This document shows, piece after piece, positions 1 to 14,189 of a DNA stretch of 64,000 nt (the stretch's first letter is position 1; each line of letters opens with the position of its first letter). A model generated the notes under the pieces. It was not told where the DNA came from, did no database searches, and saw only the letters and a list, made by a program, of their open reading frames with translations. The DNA comes from the human T2T-CHM13v2.0 reference genome, Homo sapiens. The DNA is taken from NCBI RefSeq assembly GCF_009914755.1, contig NC_060936.1; one strand, written 5' to 3'. Both the position numbers and the translations under genes were made by a program.

Positions 1-240
1 CTGTGTTTAGAAGTGCAGTGTTGTGTTGAGCATATGGACATGACTGTGAGTCCCTGGATGTCTTCTGTTTCTCATGGAGGAATTGTCCCTTCCTGTGTTT
101 AGAAGTGCAGTTCTGTGTTGAGCAGACAGACATGACTGTGAGTCCCTGGCCGTCTTCTGTTTCTCGTGGAGGAATTGTCTCTCCCTGTCTTTAGTACTGC
201 AGTGCTGTGTTGAGCAGACAGACATGGCTGTGAGTCTCTG
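1..240. repeat. 92-bp tandem repeat, ~2.6 diverged copies, cut by window start
   Basis: Unit ctgtgtttagaagtgcag...gaggaattgtc recurs at 1, 93 and 185 (period 92). Confidence 0.92.
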
Positions 241-309
241 GGCTTGTGCCCTGGCCCAGTCATTGCCTAGGCAACTCCCTCCCCACGGGCACCTGGCCTC
301 TCTCCACTT

Positions 310-455
310 TACTTTCTGAACCTGTAAAATGGGTAGGAGGATGGAGGATGGTACGTCCTACCTCATAGAGCTCATGAGAGGATTGGTACAGATGAAAGCA
401 CTCGGAACACTGGCTGCAATATGATAGGTCCTCATCCAATGTTAATTACCATTAT
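310..455 (+). mobile_element. MIR SINE fragment
   Basis: ctgtaaaatggg...tacctcatagag...gaaagcact core. Confidence 0.7.
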
Positions 456-624
456 AATTATAAGCGTCTTTCAAAAGTATTTGTCATAATACCTTTTTAT
501 GTGGATGGAAAGAGTGATATAAATTTTCCCTGTCATGATGTGAACAGAACCTGGAGCACGCTTGGGTGGAGCCTGGAACTTTGGGTTATTGAAGAGCCTG
601 CTAGCACTAGTTCTAACAGCTGAG

Positions 625-1230
625 ATATAGAATCAGTCCAGGTGTCCAATAATACATGAATGGATGAAGTATCCATGCAGATACATGAATTGAAAATGTA
701 TATACACATACACTTTAAAATTTGTGTATACACAATGGAATACTATTCAGCCATAAAAAGAATGAAATCCTGTCATTCATGGCAAAATGGTTGGAACTGG
801 AGGACACCGTGCTCAGTAGAACGAGCCAGGAACACGAAGTTAAACGCCTCATGTTCTCACTTATTCGTGGAAGCTTAAAAATGCTGATCTCATAGAAGTA
901 AAAGGTAGAACAGAAGATCCTAGAGGCTGGGAAGGATTGGAGAAAGGGAGAGATAGGGAGAGATTTGTTAAAGAATACAAAATTACAGCTAGACGGGAGG
1001 AATAATTTCTAGTGTTCTATACCACTGTAGGATGACTACAGTTAACAATAATATATAGTTTTAAATAGCTATAGGGAGGATATTGACAAGGAAATAATAA
1101 GTATTTGAGATGATGGAGATGCAAATCACCCTGATCTGATCACTGTAAAACATATGTATTAAAATTTCCCTGTTTACCCCCATGAAGGTGTACAATTATT
1201 ATGTGTCCATGAAACATAAATAAAGTAAAT
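625..1230 (+). mobile_element. L1MA-type (L1MA4/5-like) 3' end
   Basis: caatggaatactattcagccataaaaagaatgaaatcctgtcat, catgttctcact, L1MA 3'UTR, A-rich end. Confidence 0.85.
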
Positions 1231-2529
1231 TTTTAAGACTCCAACAAATGCTGAAGTAGGAAATCTATCTGTTTCATGAGGTAATTGACATCAGGCCTCA
1301 GGAGAAGCAGGAATGCTCAGCATGGTAGGCAGGGACCCTCACTGTTACAGTGTCCTCATCACTCACGCTGCCCTGTTAGTGCTTGTGCGGTAGCTTCACT
1401 TAACTGGTCATCCCAGGAGCAGGCCAGACCCAGCAGAAAGCACTGCCTGTTCTTGCTCATGGGTTTACCTACCGCACATGGCTGGGGAGAGCTGAGTGCA
1501 GCTCTTAAGTGAGTCCATCTTCTTGGGTCACAAGGACATTTCAGCTCCAGCTCAGAACACCCCCCAAGTGGGTGCTAAGAATGCGGACTGTAAGATCAGA
1601 AAGTGCAGGAATCATTATGAGACGGTGATAAGAAATGTAATTTTGATCTGACATCTGAAATAAATTAACAAGAACATTTCAATGAAGTCCCTGCAACTGT
1701 TCTTTCTGGCCTCAGTGGTTCATTGTGAGCCACTGTATAAATAAGCAGTAAAAGATGTGCAGGGGAAACTACAGACAGGAATATGTGGTTGCTGAATCAT
1801 CTCAACTTTCCCTGGTGATCAGGTCATGAAGTACGGGTCCTCTTTGTGTCAGCAAACATGTGCCAGCAGCAAGCTTGGTATGTTGATTATTTAAAGTTTT
1901 TTTTTTGTTCCATATAGTCATTTTCAGTAAAGAAATGTTAATAGAAAACATCTTGCTTTAAATGTAGGAGAGAAAATATTTTGGTCAGACAGAAATATGC
2001 TTATTTACATCTTATGAAAACATACATAAAAGAGGCAGAAACCATCGCATTCTGTTGTGATTTTGTTAAACTTCTCAGTTCATTCATTTTACATTTTGCA
2101 TTTGAGATCATAGCTCCTTTTCTGTAATGCGTACATGTGGGCATGCAAACACACACACACACACACACACACCACTCACATTTGCCTCTTTTCACCCATC
2201 TGAATATGGTACCCTTTCTCTAAAATGCAGCCTCACTTCCTTTGAGAAGGTTTCTGACAGGTTAGATTATGTTGAAATATTCAAGCATTTCTTCTACTCT
2301 TCTATTATATCTGTATGCCAGGAGACATATTCTCACTCTATTAATGTTGGGTTTGTTCATCTGTCTATATTTCATCATCTGATGGGTGAAGAATACTTCT
2401 TTGAGTTTAGCCATATCACTTGCATTGGCTAATTGGATTTGCAAACATGGTGGATAGAAGGATGAAATATTGTCTGACTGGCTCTTTCTTTTGCTATTCC
2501 AGGTAGTGTGCGTGTTACAGAGTAAGGAG

Positions 2530-2682
2530 ATAGATAACATAGAGCTGCCCCACAGATGCATAGACCTGCAGCCTAAAAAGCTGCTCTGACTGGTGCGAAT
2601 GCCAGTGAGCCTGACAATAGGTGCTTAGTATGGATGCCCTCCATGCTGGGGTGATTTGTTATTCAGCAGTAGCTGACTAATG
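2530..2682 (+). mobile_element. MLT1 (ERVL-MaLR) LTR 3' fragment
   Basis: Terminal ggggtgatttgttattcagcagtagctgactaat. Confidence 0.55.
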
Positions 2683-2799
2683 CATCGTCCATGGTAATCT
2701 CTACCTCCTCTTACATCATCTTACCCTTCACTATGTGTACAGCATAGTTTATAAACAGTTTATATATCATCTCAAAATATTCTCTAGCTTCATTTGGTG

Positions 2800-3325
2800 T
2801 ATTATTTAAGACGGCAATTGACAAAAGCCCAAGCAAAATTTTCTTAATGCACAGGGAAAATGTATCAGCTCACATGACAAGAAGTCCACATGATTCCAGA
2901 GGTTGAAATAGTATTGTTATGATGTCTACATGCCCAGCTATCTGGGTTTATTATTCTTCCTTGCTGCAGCAAGTCAGGCCTCTAGAAGCTCCAGGATGCC
3001 AATTGATTTGTTCCATATACTCAGCAAAACAGCTCTTCTTTTAAAATATAACTATGAAAGTATAAGCTTTAGTTTCACTGACCCGGTTGAGTTCTTTGTC
3101 TCTCTTTTCACTGAGATTATGGAATGGGATGTACTGACTAGCTTGTCCTGGGTTTCAAGTCTATGCCTGGAGCTGGCAGTGGTATCATCCCCATTTCAGA
3201 GAATGTCTGCCCCCATGGACAGAGAATGAAGATGAGGTCATTTGCCACAGGAAAATCCGTGCACTTTTATTAGAAGAAGAGAAAGTAGATACCAGGTTGG
3301 CTAAAACAAGAGATGTTCATTGACT
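2800..3325 (-). mobile_element. Old MLT1 (K/L-like) LTR
   Basis: gcaattgacaaaagcccaagcaaaat...gctcacatgacaagaagtcca resembles the reversed MLT1 terminus. Confidence 0.5.
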
Positions 3326-3604
3326 TAAATCATCACCTAAATGAGAAGTGCTAGGTTCGATTTGATAAATGACTATGTTTAATCAGGAACCTTAAATTCC
3401 TAAACAGATATGCAATCACGTATTCTCTTGTCGATTATTCATTCAGTTTGTTTAATGAGTATCTATGTGACCACACCCTCTACTGAGTTATCGTGTGTAT
3501 TGCTGAGCAAATTCAGGTATTGTTCTTGTATTCAAGACATTATAATTCTGGCAGAAAATATTGTTCTTAAGGACATAAGTAATTAATTACAATTATGATA
3601 AGAA

Positions 3605-5440
3605 GACATCCTTCTAGCCAGAATGGAGTAATATGGACAGAATTTACCCTTCACCTGAAGCACACAGAAACAAAATATATGAAAAACAGTAATTTCCAAG
3701 ACACTGGACATCAGTTAATATATTATAGTAATCCCTAAGGAAAGGGAAACAAGACAAATGAGTCCTACGATGGTCCCAGATTATTGCCTATAGGGAGTTT
3801 CAAGATTCCAGTTTATATAGGGGAAAGCCAGTGGATGCCCTGAATTGAAGAGATACAGATGGAGTCCAGGGAGATGAAAAGGATTAAAGTTTGCAGAGTA
3901 TGGGAGAGAAGCAGCATAGGGAGAAATCTCCAGAGATATGTAGCAGGACCCCCTGATTATTCAGCAGTGGGTACCAATGCAAAGATGTGAGAAAGCCACC
4001 AGGGAATACAGAAATAACTACCGGAAAGGACTAGTGAGTACAGAGGTGACACTCACACGTGGCTGAGAATAGTCCCTATTCCCACCAGATACCATGGAAA
4101 ACCTAAGGAGTCATGGAGACCAAATAGTGATACAGAAATGTCTTGTCCTGGCACTGGGGAATAATTAGTTCTAGACGGAGCATCACACCAACTGCCAGCA
4201 ACTGCCTAATAAATACAAAAACCGGACATAAAATAATAAAACTATTTCAAAGTAACTCAACTTTTTTGCAAAACAATCCCCAGGAACATTTGTAGAAATA
4301 AAAAAAAAATTATCACCCAGCAAGATAAAATACACAATGTTTGGCATTCATTGGAAAACTACCAGGCATGCAAAGAAGCAAGAAAATACAACCTGACATG
4401 CTGAGAAAAAGTGGCCAATCAACTCAAAGCCAAAATGGACACAGAACTTTAGAATTAGCAGACGATGATTGTATTGTTACTTATTACTATTACTACTATA
4501 TTGTTACTTATTACTATTACTTATTACTATTAAAATAGTGATAAGTGTATTCCAAATATTTGAAAGCTAATAAAGTCATAGAAGATATTTTAAAAGTCTC
4601 CATTCAAATGTCTAAAAATGAAAATTACAATGGGATGAAAATATACTTTTGGAGGTTAATGGCAGCTTAGATATTGCAGAATTAAAGATTAGTAAACCTG
4701 AACACAAAGCAATGGAAATGATCCAAAATAACATTATATATAAATATATATATATAAACATACACATATATACTATTTGTGTGTATGTATATACACACAT
4801 ATGTGCATATGATTATATGATTGTATATATATATATGATATATATGATTAGCACTTAAATGAGTTGTATAAAAACTTCAATAATGCAATTAGAATGAAAG
4901 AGAGTGTGGGTAATTGAAGGAATAATGGCCAAAATTTTCCCAAACCTCATAAGAACTATAAACTCACAGATCCAAGAAGCTCGATGAGCTTCAAGCACAA
5001 GAAATGTGAAGAAAATCACTAGAAGACACATAATGAATGATCCAGTTGTTGAAACCAATGATAAAAACAATCACTAAGGTAACCAGAGAACAAGGACACA
5101 TTATAAACAGAGAAACAAAGACAAGGAAGGCAACTGATTTCTCATTGGGAACATTGCATGTGAGAAGGCAGGGAGCATTATCCTTACAGCACTGAAGGTT
5201 AAAAGGGTTAAAAACAAACGAAATAAACTGTCAGCTTAGAATTCTACCCAGTGAACGTCTTTCAATAATTATGACAACATAAGCTGTTTTTCAGGTATAC
5301 AAACCCTGAATAAATTTATCATCAGGAGAAAGGCACTACAAGAGATTGTAAAGGTCATCTTTCAGTGAGAAGAAAAGTGGTATGGACTTGCACAAAAAAA
5401 TGAAGGGAAGCAGAAATGATAACTCCAAGGGTGGATGTAC
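3605..5440 (+). mobile_element. Old L1M (L1MC-like) 5' region with decayed ORF1
   Basis: ORF1-like remnants aataatggccaaaattttcccaaa, cagatccaagaagctc, ctgatttctca, agaattctacccagtgaa; many stops; internal TA-rich tract 4736-4850. Confidence 0.8.
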
Positions 5441-5528
5441 ACACACACACACACACAAATTATATTGTAATAAAATCCAGATTCATAGGTAAAATATATA
5501 TAATAACTTTGTAATAAGATCCAGATTC

Positions 5529-5832
<304 letters not shown>

Positions 5833-5842
5833 TTACATATGA

Positions 5843-6151
<309 letters not shown>

Positions 6152-6194
6152 AAATTTGAATCTCTTTAAAAGATAAATCATTTATTCTGTAATA

Positions 6195-6815
6195 TATTAC
6201 CATAGTCTCAAATCTCCCCCAACACATGTATTAATTTGCAAAGGGAAAAATAGTGACTTTGGAGTGGAGAGAACATGAAGATAGACCCTTAAGCAAAGGA
6301 ACAAGAATAGCACCATCATTAATAAGTTGTACTGAAAGCATGTACCTCCTGACACAATGCACTGCACAGAATACAGGATCACCTTGATGACCTTCCCGCC
6401 AACAACGCAGAACTCTAGTCTAATCATGGTGGAACAGCAGCTAAACCAAACTGAAGAGATGTTCTATAAAATCACTGCAAAGTACTCCTGAGTTATGCTG
6501 AAGTCATGGAAGACAAAAAAAAAAATGAGGAACTGTCACAGATTAGAGAGGATTTAGGAAACACAGCCACTGGATGTTGTATGGGACCCTGGATTGAGTT
6601 CTGGGACAGGCTAAGGACTTTAGTCAGAAAAACTGGTGATAATCAATTAAGGCTGATAATTTATAGTAATGTGCCAATGTAATTTTCTGGTTTTGATCAT
6701 TGTACCGTGGTTGTGTATGAGGTTAACTTTAATGGAGAACTGGATGAGGGATATATGGACATGTGCTATTTTTTCACAGCTTTTCTGGAAGTATAAAATT
6801 ATTTTAAAATAAAAC
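6195..6815 (+). mobile_element. L1MC4-like 3' end
   Basis: aaagggaaaaatagtgactttggagtggaga, gggaccctggattgagttctggg motifs. Confidence 0.75.
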
Positions 6816-6818
6816 ATT

Positions 6819-7140
6819 GGCTGGGTGCAGTGGCTCACACCTGTAATCCTAGCACTTTGGGAGGCCAAGATGGGCGGATCACTTGAGATCAGGAGTCCAT
6901 GACCAGCCTGGCCAACATGGTGAAACCCCATCTCTGCTAAAAATACAAAAATTAGCTGGGTAGTGGGTGCCTGCAATTCCAGCTATTCGGGAGACTGAGG
7001 CAGGAGAATCCCTTGAACTCAGGAGACAGGTTGCAGTCAGCCAAGATCACGTCACTGCACTCCATCCTGGGGGACAGAGCGAGACTCCATCTCAAAAACA
7101 TAAAATAAAATAAAAACTAAACTAAAATAAAATAAAATAA
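6819..7140 (+). mobile_element. AluS, full length with (TAAAA)n tail
   Basis: Alu body; TSD aaaataaaacatt/aaaataacatt. Confidence 0.95.
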
Positions 7141-8894
7141 CATTGAATTATGATAAGGGCTGAGAAGTGTAACAAAAGATTACTCCAGAATGTAAAACAG
7201 AAGAACATGATGTAGTATGGGAAGATATCAACAATTTCCCTGAATAGCTGATACACCTCAGAACTGAAGTACGAGCAAGGATCACCCTATGAAGCATGTA
7301 TAAACGAGGGAGACTGAGCATCATCTCTGTGTATTCATGGAGCTCAGAATGGACGTTGACACAGCTATGAGCATATATTAATTTTAGCACCATTCCAGGA
7401 TGTGAAGAAACTAGATGACCCTAGAGAACTCCCTAAATATGGTTTTCACTGAGAAAATTATGCTTTCCTTCTCTGCAGGAAGGGCTTGAACATCTCACTG
7501 GTAGCAGCCAGTCTTCTGTGAATCAGGCTTCCAATGATGGTGGTGATTCCTTTTGTGGAGCCATCTAAGTCTTCTTGCACAAGTTTCAGAGTTCCACTTT
7601 AATGAACTAACTAGCTAGGGTTAAGAAAAGAATTTGTGTTGCAGGATTGAGTTCTCTTCTGCGAAGCTAAATGCTCCTGATAGAGACGGCAGTTTTAAAC
7701 CTTGTTCTCAGGTGTGTCATGCTGGACCTGTCTTAAAGATAGTAAAGTAGGAATTTAGCTTTTAAATACCAAGAATAATGAAAAGTAACTCAGCTATTGT
7801 TATGAGCTAAATACAGCTTCCATCCGATAGCTCTTCCAATCATCTCGGGACCTAGAATGGTTGCCACATTTCTCTTGGGTAACAAGTAGGTTTTTGTTAG
7901 TGGATGAATTTTCAATGTATATTTATAATCTGCCAAAATTCATGATACTGACAAGAGAACTCACAATATATTCTGAGCTGTTACATCCCCTCATCAATAT
8001 TATCATAATAGAAATAGATGGTAATGGGATGTGTTTACAGTACGATGGGCATTTCAGAATCACATTCCTCTCACTTTTTAAAGATAAAGACACTCTCGAT
8101 TGTTTATACATATTCCCTTCTTCTATCTGAGCACTTTTCATATTTCTTTATGAAAACAGTTTCCTCTGCACATAATTGTGATTGCCTAGTCTTGAGAAAC
8201 GTTAACTGTGCATTCATAGGAAAATTAGTAACTGAGAAAGTCTACTTCCATGTAGGCAGGGTCACTGAAATCTCAACTGCTCCTTTGTGGAAAAGGAGAT
8301 TCTGAGTCATGACCTTCCTTAAGCTTTCCTTTGCCGGGAGAAACCTAATTAGAAGGGGGGTGGTGAATTCAGGGCTATTTATATCATTCTTCTTTCCTCC
8401 CAGATAAGTACTCTTAATACCCATTCATTGAGAAGTTGTTCCAATGTTAATGGTAAAATATATCTATCAGAAACTGGCTGAAATGCTTCTACCACCAGAG
8501 ATCATCTTCACCAGGACACAGGACATCAGAGAGCCTCGGGCAGAAGCAAGACCAGAGTTGGTCTTGAACTTCTTTTTTTGACCAGTCCAGAAAGTCAAAC
8601 GTCATCTAGATCCCTGGCTGGGTCACCTACCTCTTTAACCTCTAACTGGGCAAAATGCTAGATTTGACTTCCCTTGTGCTTGCCATAGCTAGTTTAAATA
8701 TTGAAATAAATTACTCTTTCATGCTCTCAGATACCATATTTTGTGATATGACTGTGGTTCTGAGCCTATATTTTCATTTTTTGTGATGCTCATATTTAAT
8801 AAGCTCTGCAGTGAGGAACCTGGAGTCCCAGTGTTGCTCACAGAGTTGGTATGTAAGAGTTGCTTAGTCACTGTTTGTTGATTTCATGGCATTG

Positions 8895-9163
8895 TTTTTT
8901 CTCTGTTTTTTCTTTTTTCTTTCTTTCTTTTCTTTTTAAGAGATGGTGTCTTGCTCTGTAGCCTAGGCTAGAGTGCACTGGTACAATCATAGCTCACTAC
9001 AACCTTAAACTCCTGAGCTTAAGCTATTCTTCTGCCTCGCCCTCCCAAGTAGCTGAGACTACAGGCATGCACCACCAAGCCCAGCTAATTTTTTTATTTT
9101 TTGGAGAGCTGGGGGTCTCACTATGTTGCCCAGGCTGGTCTCAAACTCCTGGCCTCAAGAGAT
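8895..9163 (-). mobile_element. AluJ, 5'-truncated
   Basis: tcatagctcact, gtctcactatgttgcccagg J-type positions; T-rich tail. Confidence 0.9.
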
Positions 9164-9799
9164 TGGCATTTTGCTTTTGTAATTAAAGACAACCTGAGCA
9201 TATGTCAGATATTAGTTTTCTGTGCTGCCTTCAGGTCACTGGGCAGTGTGGCTGAAGCAATAATATGTTTTTATAGGAGGCAGTCAGTTGTCCTAAGCAT
9301 GGGCATCTGATTATCAAATTTAGCTTCAGATAAGACTGCAAGAGTATTAGCTCAATGAGCCAAATTAGCAATATCTCTCAAGGGCATAGTGCAATTACTT
9401 ATTTTCCTAAGTAACATAGACACGCTCTGACTTAATTACAATAGTTTTACTGTTGAGTAGATGGTGGTAATTTCCAAGTTAGTATATCTCATTAATGAGG
9501 TTTGCAAACTATTCTTGGCAATACTGTGAAAGGCCTTTACATTTCAAATCATTTTCTAAATTGCTAATTGCATCTTTGTAAGAAAAGCATTTCCAACTTT
9601 TCTTCTGGAGTTGAAATGTGTGTGCTTCAGAAAAGTCTAAATGCTAAATTTCCCCAGGTGACAAGACTTGACTACACATGCAAAACAAACATAATTATAT
9701 TTTTTCTCATATTTGTATGTCTCGAAAACATCAGAATAATATCCACCACTATACATTCAGATATTGAGTTGTTTCACTGGGATCTGGAAAGCTGAATTT

Positions 9800-9841
9800 A
9801 CCAGGAGCGAAGCCTCTTAAACCAGGAGCGAAGCCTCTTAA
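9800..9841. repeat. Perfect 21-bp tandem duplication
   Basis: accaggagcgaagcctcttaa x2 (9800-9820, 9821-9841). Confidence 0.97.
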
Positions 9842-9944
9842 TTCTGAGGCCTAGTTCTGACCCTGGGGTATTCACATTACCTTAGACAAGTTAGATAACA
9901 TTCCTCTCCTTCAGCTTATTCATCTACAGAATAAGTGGATTCAC

Positions 9945-10290
9945 CCTGTTACTGAATATCTACTATGTGTGAAACATTATTCTAGGCATTAGGAAAACAG
10001 CGACAATTTCTAGGAGCTTATATCCCAGTGGAAAAGACAACAAACACATAGATAAATAAACAAATTAGCAGTATAAACTAGGGATACACTGGTGATGCAG
10101 ATACAATCAACTAATATAATTCAGATAGTGTTGGGGGAGTGGCTTTGGGAGGAACACCTCTCTGAGGATGGTAAACCATTTGAATGACAATTTAAATAAT
10201 GAGAAAGGTTCAGTTGTAGAAACCTTGGAGTAAATACCTTTCAGGCAGAGGGAATGGCAGAGAGTTCGCTGAGGTGGGAACTGACTGATT
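9945..10290 (-). mobile_element. L2 3' fragment (preceded by MIR ~9845-9940)
   Basis: ttactgaatatctactatgtg...ttctaggcatt, caggcagagggaatggca. Confidence 0.7.
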
Positions 10291-10442
10291 TCTCAAAGTA
10301 TCTTCAGCTATAAATTTCAATGATTTCTGTATTCGCCACTTCAGAAGTGTGCCACTTACTAGTTGTCAGGATTTAGACTTAATTTTTTTTATATAGGCTT
10401 AGCTTTCTTTCATACTATCTTGTCATTAATGCAATGTATGTA

Positions 10443-10903
10443 CAGTTGACCCCTGAACAACTTGGAGGTTAGGGGCACCAACCTTTCTGTCCCCTACACA
10501 GTCAAAAAATCCACATGTAACTTTTAACTTCCTAAAAACTTAACTACTAATAGCCTACTGTTGACTAGAAGCCTTACCACTAACATAGTCAATTAACACA
10601 TATTTTAATGTTATATATTATACACTGTATTCTGTAAGCTAGAGAATAAAAGAAAATAAAGTAAGCCAGAGAAAAGAAAATGTTATAAAGACAATCATAA
10701 GGAAAAGACAACATATTTATGATGCTATTCATTAAGTGGAAGTGGATCATCACAAAGGTCTTGATCCTCATCGTCTTCACATTAAGAAGGCTGAGGAAAA
10801 GGAGGGGTTGGTCTTGCTGTCTCAGGGGTGGCAGAGGTAGAAGAAAATCCACGTTATCTGTGGACCCACACAGTTCAGCCTCATGCTGTTCAGAGGCCAA
10901 TTC
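10443..10903 (+). mobile_element. Tigger2a (MER28)-like TcMar DNA transposon, complete
   Basis: TIRs cagttgacccctgaacaac / gctgttcagaggccaattc, flanked by TA on both sides. Confidence 0.9.
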
Positions 10904-11065
10904 TAGTTAATGTTTCTATGACCCTCTCCCCCAACAGATTTCTGGGGTTTGTTTCCATCATTGCCAGTCTAGCACACCCCTCTTCCTTGTTGATTTCCCA
11001 GTGTTACCATCCAGTGGCTATGAACACATAGAGGAACACGAAAATTCGGCGGCTTCAGCGTTCTT

Positions 11066-11797
11066 TAGTTTTAATTTTCATTTTAAGTTCCGGGGTACAT
11101 GTGCAGGACGTGCAGGTTTGTTACATAGGTAAACATGTGCCATGGTGGTTTGCTGCACCTATCAACCCATCACCTAGGTATTAAGCCCAGGATGCATTAG
11201 CTATTCTTCCTAATGTTGTCCCTCCCCTGACCTCACCCACTAACAGGCGCCAGTGTGTGTTGTTTCCCTCCCTGTGTCCATGTGTTCTCATTGTTGAGAT
11301 CCCACTTATAAGTGAGAACATACAGTGCTTGGTTTTCTGTTCCTGGGTTGGTTTGCTGAAGATAATGGTTCCCAACTTTATTCATGTCCCTGCAAAGGGC
11401 ATGATCTCATTCTTTTTTATGGTTGCATAGGTAGCATTCCATGGTGTATATGTACCACATTTTCTTTATCCAGTCCATCATTGATGGGGATTTGAGTTGA
11501 TTCCATGTCTTTGCTATTGTGAATAGTGCTGCAATGAACATACACATGCATGTATCTTTATAATATAATGATTTATATTCTTTTGGGTATATACCCAGTA
11601 ATGGGATTGCTGGGTCAAATGGTATTTCTGGTTCTAGATCTTTGAGGAATCACCACGCTGTCTTTCACAATGGTTGAACTAATTTACACTTCCACCAACA
11701 GTGTAAATGCATTCCTATTTCTCCACAATCTTGCCAGCATCTGTTGTTTCTTGACTTTTTAATAACCACCATTTTGACTAGCATGAGATGGTATCTC
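11066..11797 (-). mobile_element. L1PA (PA8-like) 3' end, 5'-truncated
   Basis: gtacatgtgcaggacgtgcaggtttgttacataggtaaac; TSD gcttcagcgttctt/gctccagccttctt. Confidence 0.93.
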
Positions 11798-12309
11798 TGC
11801 TCCAGCCTTCTTAAAGATTCTTGTATCTAGGGTCCTTCCCAGATATCAACAATTCTCTTGAAAAGATATCCAATTTAAATGTTGTCATTTACATGGAATT
11901 TTCAACAGAGTATTAAGTTGAACATTTTCAACACTTCTGCCTAATACCGATAAGATTGATGTTAATAAAGATAACTAGAACAATGCAGCTAATGTATATT
12001 TCACACATTCATCTGGTAAGGCATTGACTCTATGAAGGAAAGTATTATGCAATGATGGGTCTAACTGGTGTCTAGAAATGTACCAATCAATAACAACATC
12101 CAGTCTGACTCAGTCCACTCCAAAACAGTCAAAAACGAAGCATCAGAGTCTGGTTGCCATCATTTCAATACCTAGTGCCAGTTGATGAGCTCCTTCTGTT
12201 TTGATCCATGATTCACACAAATGCTTTGTCAAAACCATGACCACCATATTGGTTTCACTTCACTGGCTCATCTGGCCATTGCTGGTCTATGGAAATTTTT
12301 TTTCACATT

Positions 12310-12660
12310 GCAGCATACCTATAAAAGAAACTTTTTAGAAGTATTCCAAAATTCGACCACAGTTCTAAAAACATGCATGTCATTACAAGTTTTGAATCTG
12401 AAAGAAGATCAAAGAGTGTCCAGTCAAAAGTAAGAAAATTATTAAGGTAGACCAGACAGTTAATAACTAAAGTATTAGCACATTAAAAAAATAGACAATG
12501 CTTATGGTATTTCTTATATTTTAATAAAGATATTATTTTATGATTTATAAATATTTATTTGTACACCTTATTTTGTGTTCATAGTTTTGTATTCTTTTTC
12601 TTAAAACAGATTTCCTGAATTATAAACTCTTCAGGCCCTACAAAGCCTGGATGCACCTGC
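12310..12660 (+). mobile_element. Zaphod-like hAT-Tip100 transposon 3' end
   Basis: ttttgtattctttttcttaaa...cttcaggccctacaaagcctggatgcacctg terminus, matched from memory of consensus. Confidence 0.6.
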
Positions 12661-12949
12661 TTGTAACTATTAGCTCTCTGTGTAGGCTCAGCTCAGTAGG
12701 TAACCATGACAAGGGCAGGAACCCCTTCATGGTTACATTTATGCAGGACCCCAGGAGAATGTGAGAGTGCACAAAGGTGGTCAGTAGAACAGCACCTTTG
12801 AATGACAGAACCTCCTGTGCCTCTTTGTAAGAACTTTCAGGGAAGGTCCAGGTCTTTAATTCTCCATCAAGTGGAAAAGGCCATATTCAGCCTCACCTCT
12901 CCAGGGTCACGGGACACAAGAGGGATGCAGCAGTGGCCACTGTCTGCAG

Positions 12950-13465
12950 GGATGATGGCTCTAGTCTCCTGTGTCATCAGCCAGTGACTAGTTAGGTGAC
13001 CTTGAAAAAAATAATTTTACTTCTGTGTTCCCTTTGAAATAGGAAGTATAACAGAATCTACTTGTTAGGCTTGTGTGAGAATTAGACTATGTATGTCAAG
13101 TGGTGAATACAATAAAGGACAGCTGTGGTCGTTGTCAATGCTACTGTCTTCATCCTCCTCTCCATCAGTGTCAGTTCTCTACTTTAAACAGCACTTTTTC
13201 CATAACGTCTTCTCTGGCTACCCTAATTAAAGTAATAACTCTTGCCTTCACCCCTGTTTCCTCATCCTGCTTCATTTGGCTTCTTTGCATTTATTTTTCC
13301 CTGACATGACATGCATTAATTTGGTTGTGGTCTGTCTCATTCCAAAAGGGAATAAATTCCATGATTTCAGAGGTCTTGTTTTCCTAAATGCTGCATTATT
13401 AGTGTCTAGATACATGCTTGGCATACAGTTGGTTCTCGATAAATGCTTGATAATTAAACAAATCA
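12950..13465 (+). mobile_element. MIR followed by L2 3' end
   Basis: gtgaccttg...tgtgagaattaga (MIR); tgcttggcatacagttggttctcgataaatgcttg (L2). Confidence 0.7.
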
Positions 13466-13628
13466 GTATTCTCACAGTCTATTCACTGCTGTGTGGCTAA
13501 GGTAGAAATATATGGGCAGGTCAATGGCTGGGATGGATAAAAAATGCTGGAAGAATGTTTATCTCTTTCCAGCATGTTCAATGTTCACAGCTGTAGAATT
13601 AGTTCAAAAATAATTTGGATCTCTCTTT

Positions 13629-14189
<561 letters not shown>

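Noticed and set aside
4472-4531. 27-bp (TTAC/TAT) tandem duplication
   Set aside because: Ordinary low-complexity slippage inside an old L1
7460-7715. Possible exon after the acceptor-like tttccttctctgcag
   Set aside because: No convincing donor or recognisable reading frame; cannot be supported without transcript data
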